From the NCBI RefSeq assembly GCF_044704955.1, contig NW_027251890.1, positions 1-34,753 of the forward strand: a stretch of 34,753 bases of DNA, read 5' to 3'. The notes below the pieces were generated by a model, which was not told where the DNA came from, ran no database searches, and was given only the letters and a program-made list of their open reading frames with translations. The DNA is from Pristiophorus japonicus (lineage: Eukaryota). This document shows, piece after piece, positions 23,046 to 31,692 of the stretch. Every line of letters begins with the position of its first letter. Positions within the stretch are counted from its first letter, which is position 1. A program made the position numbers and the translations under genes.

Positions 23046-23349
23046 TATATATAAATGATTTAGACTTGAATGTAGGGGGCACGATGAAAAAGTTTACAGA
23101 TGACACTAAAATCAGCCGTGTGGCTGATAATGAAGAAGAAAGCTGTAGACTGCAGGAAGATATCAATGAAATGGTCAGGTGCGCAGAATAGTGGCAAATG
23201 GAATTTAATCCAGAGAAGTGTGAGGTAATGCATTTGGGGAGGGCTAACAAGGCAAGGCAATACACATTAAATGGTGGGACACTGAGAGGTGTAGAGGAAC
23301 AAAGGGACCTTTGTTTGCATGTCCACAGATCCCTGAAGGTAGCAGGCCA

Positions 23350-23500
23350 GGTAGATGGGTTTTTATGACAATCCGGCAGTTCCATGGTCACCATTACTGA
23401 CACTTGCTTTTTATTCGAGATTTATTTAATTAACTGAATTTAAATTCCCCAGCTGCCGTGGTGGGATTTGAACTCGTGTCTCTGAATCATTGGTCCAGGC
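23350..23500 (-). mobile_element. tRNA-derived SINE 5' portion (family not assigned)
   Basis: Minus strand GAGTTCAAATCCCACCACGGCAGCTGG (B-box) followed by an AT-rich body ending AAAAACCCATCT. Confidence 0.7.
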
Positions 23501-23667
23501 CATAGTTGTCCACAGCTCTTTCAAAGAGCCAGCACAGGATTGATGGTCCAAATGGCCTCCCTCTGTGCTGGGAGATGCTGTGATTAAGGAGCGGGGCTCC
23601 AGCTAGTGTAGGCAATGTGGGTTCAAGGGTTGAAAGCAGGAGTTTGGGTGGAGCCCATATAGATGTA

Positions 23668-23683
23668 CCACAAGGGGGCGCTA
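23668..23683 (+). promoter_or_regulatory. Consensus CTCF-binding motif
   Basis: CCACAAGGGGGCGCTA matches CCASYAGRKGGCRS almost perfectly; lies in a ~200-bp island between CR1 fragments. Confidence 0.6.
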
Positions 23684-23789
23684 CAGCATCGATTGATCCA
23701 ATTATTGGCAGCGGGGAAACCGGGGAAGAAAATAGCTTCAATAAAATGTATGCTGCGACTTTTAAAGTGGTCAACACCACCAGCACGAT

Positions 23790-24573
23790 CATAGAATCAC
23801 AGAAAATTACAGCACAGAAGGAGGCCATATCGGCCCATCGTGTCTGTGCCGGCCAACAAAGAGCTACCCAGCCTAATCCCACTTTCCAGCTCTGGATCAT
23901 AGCCCTGTGGGTTACGGCACTGTAAGGGCACATCCAAGTACTTTTTAAATGTGGTGAGGATTTCTGCCTCTACCACCCTTTCAGGCAGTGAGTTCCAGAC
24001 CCCCACCACCCTCTGGGTGAAGAATTGTTTCCTCATCTCCCCTCTAAACCTTCCACCAATTACTTTAAATCTATGCCCCCTGGTTATTGACCCCTCTGCT
24101 AAGGGAAATGGGTCCATTCTATCCACTCTATCTAGGCCCCTCATCATTTTATACACCTCAATAACGTCTCCCCTCAGCCTCCTCTGTTCCAAGGAAAACA
24201 GCCCCAGCAGATCCAATCTTTCCTCATAGCTAAAATTCTCCAGTCCCGGCAACATCTTCGTGAATCTCCTCTGTACCCTCTCTCGTGCAATCACATCTTT
24301 CCTGTAATGTGGTGACCAGAACTGCACACAGTACTCTAGCTGTGGCCGAACTAGTGTTTTGTAAAGTTCAAGCATAACCTCCCTGCTCTTGTATTCTATG
24401 CCTCAGCTAATAAAGGCAATTATTCCGTATGCCTTTTTAACCACCTTATCGACCTGGCCTGCTACCTTCAGCAATCTGTGGACATGCACTCCAAGGTCCC
24501 TCCATTCCTCCACCCCTCTCATTACCCTCCCATTTATTGTGTATTCCCTTGCTTTGCTGCCCCTCCCCAAATG
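23790..24573 (-). mobile_element. CR1 LINE 3' fragment
   Basis: ORF 23797-24375 LELYKTLVRPQLEYCVQFWSP..FFTQRVVGVWNSLP; 3'UTR and tail. Confidence 0.92.
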
Positions 24574-24876
24574 AATTCGAACAAGGCTGCAGTTAGAGCA
24601 GCCTTTCCACCCGCTGAAATGCACTCACTGAGTCTGACTCATGGCATCGATCAGCTGGACATTGATCTGGAAACACCAGCCCCCTGGTGAGGGAATCAAG
24701 GCTCCGATGCGACTGATAAAAGTCAAGATGAGGTTGCGGAGAGGTACACAGCTGCTGCTGGACACAATGAACAGGAGGAGGCCATTCAGCCCCTCGAGCC
24801 TGTTCCCCCATTCAATCAGATCATGGCTCATCTGTATCTGAACTCCATCTACCCGCCTTGGTTCCACAAGTTCCAA

Positions 24877-25280
24877 GGCCTATACTCTCTCGAGTTTAGA
24901 AGAATGAGAGGGGATCTCATTAAAACATACACAATTCTGACAGGGCTTGACAGGGTAGATGCAGGGAGGATGTTTCCTCTGGCTGGGGAGTCTAGAACCA
25001 GGGGTCACAGTCTCAGAATAAGGGTTCGGCCAGTTAGGTCTGAGATGTGGAGAAATCTCTTCACTCAGAGGGTGGTGAATCTCTGGAATTCTCTCCCCCA
25101 GAGGGCTGTGGAGGCTCAGTCTTTGACTATATTCAAGACGGAGATCGATAGATTTTTTAATATTAAGGGAATCGAGGGATATGGGGACAGTGCAGGAAAG
25201 TGGAGTTGAGGTAGAAGATCAGCCATGATCTCATTGAATGGTGGAGCAGGCTCGAGAGGCTGAATGGCATCCTCCTGATC
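24877..25280 (+). mobile_element. CR1 LINE 3' fragment, back-to-back with a minus-strand CR1 UTR at ~24765-24868
   Basis: GLYSLEFRRMRGDLI..GKWS* plus UTR. Confidence 0.9.
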
Positions 25281-25282
25281 AT

Positions 25283-25531
25283 TGTTAATATGTCCTTACT
25301 GTACAGTATAAATGCACATGAGGCCCATACTTGAGAGAAAGTCAGTCTGTGACCAGTAACTTTTATTAGCCAGCACTGAAGTGATGAAGGTAGGTGGAGC
25401 TTCCACTTTTATACCTGAAAGTCCAGGTTAGGAGTGTCTCCCACAATTCACCACCTAGTGATCAATGTTCTCATGGTGTACAACTTAGGTCAGTTTATTC
25501 ATGGGTTACAATGACAGTTGAATACATGACA
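25283..25531 (-). mobile_element. Solo LTR of the Gypsy-3 family
   Basis: Aligns end-to-end with 31458-31692; TG..CA ends; minus-strand TATAAAAG and AATAAA; no PBS, PPT or TSD. Confidence 0.92.
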
Positions 25532-26431
25532 ATGGGCAGGAAAGCAAATTGTGAGGACACAAAATCTGCAAAAGGATTTAGACAGGCTAAGTGCGTGGGC
25601 AAAAATTTGGCAGATGGAGTATAATGTGGGAAGATGTGAGGTTATCTACTTTGGCAGAAATAATAGAAAAATAAATTAGAAGTTAAATTGAGAAAGATTG
25701 CAAAGTGCTGTATTACAGTTGGAACTGGGGGTCCTTGCGCATGAAACACAAAAGTTTAGTATGCAAGTACAACAAGTGATCAGGAAGGCAAATGGAATGT
25801 TGGCTTTTATTGCAAGGGGGATACAGTATAAAAGCAGGGAAGACCTGCTACAACTGTACAGGGTATTGCTGAGACCACACCGAGAGTACTGTGTACAATT
25901 TTGGTCTCCGTATTTAATGAAGGATGTACTTGAATTGGAGGTTGTTCAGAGAACGTTCATGAGGTCGATTTCGGAGCTGAGGAGGTTGACTTATGAAGAT
26001 AGTTTGAGCAGGTTGGGCTGATACACATTGGAGTTCAGAAGAATGAGAGATGGTCGTATCACAACATATAAGATTATGAGGGTGCTCTACAAGGTGGATG
26101 CAGAGAGGATACTTCCACTCATAGGGGAAACTAAAACTAGGGGACATAGTCTCAGAATTCGGGGCCGCCCATTTAAAATTGAGTTGAGGAGGAGTTTCTT
26201 CTCTCAGAGCGTTGTAAATCTGTGGAATTCTCTGTCCCAGAGAGCTGTGGAGGCTGGGTCATTGGATATATTTAAGGCAGCGATAGATAGATTATTGAGC
26301 GATAAGGAAGTGAAAGATTCTGGGGAACGGGTGGGGAAGTGGAGATGATCAGATAATCCATTATCTTAGTGAATGGCGGAGCAGGCGCGAGGGAGCAAAT
26401 GGTCTAGTCCTGCTCCTATTTCTTATGTTCT
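25532..26431 (+). mobile_element. CR1 LINE 3' fragment
   Basis: QVQQVIRKANGMLAFIARG, EYCVQFWSP, VVNLWNSL; ttcttatgttct tail. Confidence 0.92.
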
Positions 26432-26905
26432 GAACACACACCAACAGAGAGTGCTGGGTCACAGTCACTCACACACATAAACACACACACACTACACCCC
26501 GACAGGCGGTGCTGGGTAAGACACACTAACACTCAGGGACAAGTACAGGGTGATACACTGACTGCTCCTCTCCCGAAGCTGAGGCCTCACTCGGTGCAGT
26601 TTTGTGCTGCTGCCACGAGCCACACGTTAAGGAGAGAGAATGCAACGTTGTGACTGTGGCCTCCTGCCCCCAGATTGCCCCCAGCAGTCAGCACACAGTG
26701 CACAGTGCGATCCCACCATCAGGAGCTGCCCCAACACCCCCAGTGTGCAGAGTGAGAGCCAACCCTCAGACTGGGAGGGTTTAATCCCAGCAGCTTTTAG
26801 AGTCTCTGTGTTTAATCTTGTGCACTCCAGGGGTTCGAGGTCAAATTGATCGTTTCAAAATGATTGATAATTGGCTTTGAATCAAATCTCCTGCTGATGT
26901 GCCAT

Positions 26906-26979
26906 TGATTGACAGCTCACCCAGCCAATCAGGACAGACACTTACTGAAATGCAGCTGAGGGGGAGGTGGGACATTTCC
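26906..26979. promoter_or_regulatory. Candidate 3' enhancer motif cluster (PBX-MEIS/PREP decamer, CCAAT, E-box, kB-like site)
   Basis: TGATTGACAG 26906-26915, CCAAT 26925-26929, CAGCTG 26953-26958, GGGACATTTCC 26969-26979. Confidence 0.4.
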
Positions 26980-27111
26980 AAAGCAGTCGCCAGACACAGA
27001 CTGAATATTCTTCACGTTTATTGCCTTTTACAGATTCACATTTATAGAAACAAGACTTGAATAAACAGCCCAGCGAGAGCGAGTTGGAGACATTCACAGG
27101 GAGAATGCAGC

Positions 27112-27117
27112 TTTATT
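27112..27117 (-). terminator. Polyadenylation signal AATAAA of the Ig light-chain transcript (second one at 27017-27022)
   Basis: First AATAAA on the minus strand after the C stop codon, followed by pyrimidine/GT-rich sequence. Confidence 0.7.
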
Positions 27118-27312
27118 AAAATAGTTGTGGGGATTTTCTCCACACCGTGAGAATCCTGTCCCTTCAAACGGGGACAAAACCTTGATTTGTAACAGCAGGG
27201 TGAGCAGGGAGGGGGTCTGCTTACTGAAGCGGCACTTCGCAGTTTAACATTAGTTTTACTCTACTGACAGTCTTCAGCATCTTCGAGAGGTTTGACTTGG
27301 CAGCACGAGTCA

Positions 27313-27580
27313 ACACTGTCCCATCAAACCCTCCCAGGGCAGGTACAGCACGGGTTAGATACAGAGTAAAGCTCCCTCTACACTGTCCCATCAAACACTC
27401 TCAGGTCAGGTACAGCACGGATTAGATACAGAGTAAAGCTCCCTCTACACTGTCCCATCAAACACTCTCAGGTCAGGTACAGCACGGCTTAGATACAGAG
27501 TAAAGCTCCCTCTACACTGTCCCATCAAACACTCCCAGGTTAGGTACAGCACGGGTTAGATACAGAGTAAAGCTCCCTCG
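27313..27580. repeat. 67-bp tandem repeat x4 in the predicted IgL 3'UTR
   Basis: acactgtcccatcaaac...gtaaagctccctct starts at 27313, 27380, 27447 and 27514. Confidence 0.95.
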
Positions 27581-27748
27581 ATACTGCCCCAATAACGTGC
27601 CTTACTCCCTGACCCTCAGATGCTTTCCCTGACCCAGTCCCGAGAAGGAAGAGAGTAGAAATGCAGTGCTGACAATGACCTTTGCCCTCCCGGCTCACCC
27701 CCTGTTCTATTTAAAGTTGCGTCTCCCCCGCGGACTGTCGCTGACACG

Positions 27749-28077
27749 CTACGCACATTCTGCTCTCCTGACTCCCTTGCTGAGGGGAGAGGAGAGGCTC
27801 TCGTGGGTGAGGCTGCAGGAGAAGCTGGCGTTGGACTCCCAGTCGGAGCCAGAGAGGGTCAGCAGGCTGCTGACACTGTAGGTGTTGTCCGAAGCTCGCA
27901 GGTAGTCGCTGGTCTGGACCCCGGCCGAAATGGTCGCCCCGTCCTTCTTCCACTCCACCTCCACCGCATCGGGGTAGAAGTGATCGGCGAGGCACACCAG
28001 GGTGGCAGTGCCCTTGGTCGTGACCTCCTCCGGGGAGGGGGGCAGCAGGGTCAGCGTGGGTGGGGTCTTCCCTCGGC
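27749..28077 (-). CDS. Immunoglobulin light-chain constant exon, elasmobranch type I (NS5 / sigma-cart)-like
   Basis: Polypyrimidine-CAG acceptor at 28078-28079, phase 1. Translation: (S)RGKTPPTLTLLPPSPEEVTTKGTATLVCLADHFYPDAVEVEWKKDGATISAGVQTSDYLRASDNTYSVSSLLTLSGSDWESNASFSCSLTHESLSSPLSKGVRRAECA*. Both C1-set Cys, FYP, Trp and the penultimate inter-chain Cys are intact. Isotype from recalled similarity. Confidence 0.95.
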
Positions 28078-28319
28078 CTGAAAGGGAGGAGAAGGATGTT
28101 TAATAGGTGTATATTAGTATGTGTGTGTGTGTGTGTGTGTCACTGTGGTGTTTCCGTGTGTTTTCATCTGATAACGGAGAGCTGGGTGAATGAACTCCTG
28201 GCTGGTGATTAACCATTAGAGGCGAGCAACACTAATTCTTAATCTTCTTTGCCTAGCTTGATAAGTTGCATCTAAATATAAATGCATTTGATGTTAAGGT
28301 GATTTAAAAAAAAAGATAG

Positions 28320-28650
28320 TCTTGCATTTATATTACGCCTTTCACAACCACCGGACATCTCAAAGCGCTTTACAGCCAATGAAGGACTTTTGGAGTGTCG
28401 TCACTGTTGTAATGTGTGAAACACGGCAGCCAATCTGTGCACAGCAAGCTCCCACAAACAGCGATGTGATAACGACATGATAATCTGTTCTTTTGTCACG
28501 TTGGTTGAGGGAGAAATATTGACCAGGACACCGGGGAGAACTCCCCTGCTCATCTTCAAAATAGTGGCATGGGATCTTTTATATCCACCTGAGAGGGCAA
28601 ACAGGGCCTTGGTTTAACGTCTGATCTGAAAGACGGCACCTCCGACAGTC
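28320..28650 (-). mobile_element. Deu-domain SINE (SacSINE1/AmnSINE-like) in the J-C intron
   Basis: gggatcttttatatccacctgagagggc..ggtttaacgtctgatctgaaagacggcacctccgacagt Deu core; L2-like tail. Confidence 0.8.
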
Positions 28651-28975
28651 CGGGGCTGGGAAGTCTAGAACAAGGAGTCACAGTCTCAGGATACGCGATA
28701 GGAAATTTACAAATGAGATGAGGAGAAATGTTTTCACTCAGAGGGTGGTGAACCTGTGGAATTCTCTGCCACAGAAGGCTGTGGAGGCCAAGTCACTGAA
28801 TATATTTAAGAGGCAGATAGATAGATTTCTAGAAACAAAAAGCATCAAGGGGTATGGGGAAAAAATGGGAATATGGTGTTGAGATAGAGGATCAGCCATG
28901 ATTATATTGAATGGCGGTGCAGACTCGAAGGGCCGAATGGCCTACTACTGCTCCTATTTTCTATGTTTCTATGTT
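28651..28975 (+). mobile_element. CR1 3' fragment in the J-C intron
   Basis: gagatgaggagaaatgttttcactcagagggtggtgaacctgtggaattc, UTR and tttctatg tail. Confidence 0.9.
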
Positions 28976-29529
28976 TAAGCGATGTAGGTCGAGGGATAAA
29001 TATCGGCCTGAACTCGAACCACAGAAACAGCAACTGAGAGTCTCCCCACAACCCTGGAGCACTGCAGCTGCCGGATTGCGAGCTCTGCTGCCCCTGTTTG
29101 CGATCAGAAGTTGGACAGGAGGTGAGCGGGGACTGGACAGATCAGAGTTGGAGCTGGGGGAGGCGGGACCTCGGGAGTGTCAGTGTGCTGAGGCTGAGCT
29201 CAGTTATATCAGAGACTGTGACAGGAGCACAGACTGCCCCCAGCGAGCTCACTCACTCACACCCACACTCTGCCCGTGTCTCACACACCGTGTCTGTCAC
29301 ACTGAGACAGGCAGGAGGCTCGGGAGTGATTTCCGGGGATGGTGCAGGGATGGGACCGCAGTGTGCCAACGTCCAGATCTCCTCCACACGGTGGGTAACA
29401 GTTCGTTACTTATACTTTGCTGGGTGAAGGGGGAGTGTGGGTAAAGGAATACAGCCGGGCTCCCTGTCATACACAGCACTCTTCAATTAACCCTTTCATT
29501 CACCGCAGCTCCCCACCATATTATATAAC

Positions 29530-29960
29530 CCATACAGAGGCACTGGAGAGGGTGCAGAGAGGGTTTACAAGGATGGGACCAGAAATGTGCGGGTGTACAT
29601 GTCAGGAAAGGGTGAACAGGCTGGGGCTCTTTTCTTTTGAGGCTGAGGGGTGACCTGATAGAGGTCTTTAACATTAGGAAAGGTTTTGATAGAGTGGATA
29701 CAGAGAGTGTGTTTCCACTTGTGGGGAAGAGCAGAACTAGAGACTATCAATATAAGATAGTCAGCAAGAAATCCAATCGGGAATTCAGGAGAAAATTCTT
29801 TACCCAGCGAGTGGTGAGAATGTGGAACTCGCTACCACAGGGAGTGATTGAAGTGAATAGTATCGATGTATTTAAGGGGAGGCTAGACAGGGATATGAGG
29901 GAGAAGGGAATAGAGGGTTATGCTGATAGATTTAGATGAGAAAAGACGGGAGGCTCGAGT
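29530..29960 (+). mobile_element. CR1 3' fragment in the J-C intron
   Basis: EALERVQRGFTRM; RLRGDLIEVF..FFTQRVVRMWNSLP. Confidence 0.9.
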
Positions 29961-30060
29961 GTAATCATATGTAAACTAAAACCTTCTCATATTCATCATT
30001 TGTGTCTGAGAAAGATTCAGTATTTAAAGTGTTAATAACAGAGCATTGGGGTTTACTTAC

Positions 30061-30095
30061 TCAGTCTGAGCTTGGTTCCTTTACCGAATGTGAGC
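30061..30095 (-). CDS. Immunoglobulin light-chain J segment (germline, unrearranged)
   Basis: G CTC ACA TTC GGT AAA GGA ACC AAG CTC AGA CTG A|GTAAGT = LTFGKGTKLRL(S); FGxGT motif; phase-1 donor splices in frame to the C exon. Confidence 0.96.
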
Positions 30096-30134
30096 CACAG
30101 TGACAGCTTCCAGTGCAGTGGCTGTACAATATCC
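30096..30134 (+). promoter_or_regulatory. Recombination signal sequence of J, 23-bp spacer
   Basis: CACAGTG (30096-30102), 23 nt, ACAATATCC (30126-30134; 7/9 match to ACAAAAACC). Confidence 0.95.
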
Positions 30135-30149
30135 TCCATCCCTGGCTCA

Positions 30150-30412
30150 CTCAGTCTCTCTCCCCCGCTCTCTGTCTGTCTGTGTGTGTGTGTGTGTGTG
30201 TGTCTGTGTGTGGGTTTCTTTCTCAGCGTCTCACTGTCTCCCTCACTTTATCTCTCTTTCTCACTCTCTCATTTTGCTTCTCTCTGACTGCCTCTCGCAC
30301 TCTTTCCCCCTCACTTTTTCTCCCTCTCCCTCTCCCCCTCTCTCGCTCTCCCTCTCCCTTCCTCCCTCCTTCACTCACTCCCCCTCCCTCACTCACTCCC
30401 TCCCTCTCTCTC
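30150..30412. repeat. (TG)n plus CT-rich polypyrimidine low-complexity tract
   Basis: Read directly. Confidence 0.9.
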
Positions 30413-30671
30413 TGTTTCCGAGTTGCCTGTGGCAGTACCCAGGAGAGTTGGGGACAAATCTCCCAGCTGCCCTTCCCGCCCCATCAGGCGGTAACCCTGG
30501 GGCCACGGAATTGCTGGAGAATGAAAGTCCCCGTCACACAGGGCTCACCTCTTTGTGCCCCTTGAACAACGGGCTCCGTCTGCAAGCGAGATATTTGTGT
30601 TGCTGACACAGGCCTTCCTCGTAGATCATTATAAAATAATGAGTTTCAGGGGCTTTAGAAACCTGTTTCCT

Positions 30672-31090
30672 CAGTCTGTGACCCGTGTGTACGTGGAGTG
30701 TGAGAGGATGCAGCCCCTCTTCCACTATTTGAAGGGGCTGCTGCTCGATTTTTGGCTCCACTTCAGTCCCACGCTCCTGGGCCTGGTCACCCGGTGCGGG
30801 GGGAGCGGGCAAGTCGGAGGGCCTCCCCGTGGGCCTGCTCCTGGGCCTGGTCACCCCGTGTGGGGGGAGCGGGCAGGTCAGAGGGCCTCCCCATGGGCCT
30901 GCTACTGGGCCTGGCCAAGGTGACCATCCACAGGTCCCAGTTGTCCCAGTTAGACGGGGCCCATGGAGTGGACACACTGCCTGCCTGCCTCCCTTCGGCG
31001 GTGTAGACCACACCCGGGTGGCCCTGGGGACGGAGCCCAGATTAGGCCTGAGGCCTTCTGCGACGGGTGGGCACCACAGGGCCTGGAGTG
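30672..31090 (+). mobile_element. Tx1/L1-like LINE ORF2 C-terminal fragment with a 64-bp internal tandem duplication
   Basis: SVTRVYVECERMQPLFHYLKGLLLDFWLHFSPTLL..GLLLGLAKVTIHRS resembles the post-zinc-knuckle region of Tx1 elements; duplicated units start at 30781 and 30845. Confidence 0.7.
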
Positions 31091-31457
31091 TGGGGTGGGC
31101 AGGGAAAGAACATGACGATTTCACTTGTTCACTTTCCTTTCATGTTTATGCTTTGGGTTTTATAAGTTGTGGCCCTCTCAATAGTGGGGGGTTTGTGAGA
31201 TTATTTGGATTGAGGACACAGGGACCACCCAGTGTCTCCGTGCTGTCTGAATGTACAGAGTAGAGCTGTGAGATTCTCAGTGATGAAGACACAGCCCCAA
31301 CTCCTCTCTGACCCACTCCATCCTTTCCCAATTCACTGCAACTTCCAGCTGAATATTCCTGCCATCACTCCCATCGAGCCGAATGTCAGTCATGTGTAAA
31401 ACCTTACAGGACGTGGGGCTGTGTGTCCATTATTATATATTATATATAACTGTGGGG

Positions 31458-31692
31458 TGTGATAGGTCCTTACTATACAGTATAAATGCATATGAGGCCC
31501 ATGCTTGAGCGAAGGTCAGTCTGTGACCTGTCCTTTATTCCTTAGCACTCAAGTGATGAAGGTGGGTGGAGCTTCCCCTTTTATACCTGAAGGTCCAGGT
31601 TAGGAGTGTCTCCCCCTCGTGGTCATTGTTCTCACAGTGTACAACTTAGGTCAGATTATACATGGGTTACAATGCTGGTTGAATACATGACA
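31458..31692 (-). repeat. 3' LTR of Gypsy-3
   Basis: TG..CA ends; adjacent PPT (plus strand tcacctcccccctc, 31693-31706); homologous to 25283-25531. Confidence 0.93.

Larger units (their letters stand above)
20250..23352 (+). mobile_element. CR1 ORF2 RT fragment interrupted by Gypsy-2 and a MITE
   Basis: LKVDKSRGPDEKYPRLL..HVV | LFKKG..NYRPVSL, SGVPQGSV.GPLLFVV | YINDLD..KFTDDTK. Confidence 0.9.

Noticed and set aside
28911-29444. 177-aa plus-strand ORF in the J-C intron
   Set aside because: Starts in a CR1 3'UTR, has no domain signature and is antisense to the Ig gene
30072-30606. ORFs of 71-168 aa overlapping the J region
   Set aside because: Translations of (TG)n/CT microsatellite on the non-coding strand
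30575-30640. Minus-strand peptide YFIMIYEEGLCQQHKYL resembling a V-segment CQQ end
   Set aside because: No D-x-x-x-YYC, no upstream WY/Cys framework and no following heptamer-12-nonamer
25283-31692. Retroviral-style capture (transduction) of J-C between two LTRs
   Set aside because: Intron retained, and no PBS inside the upstream LTR or PPT before the downstream LTR
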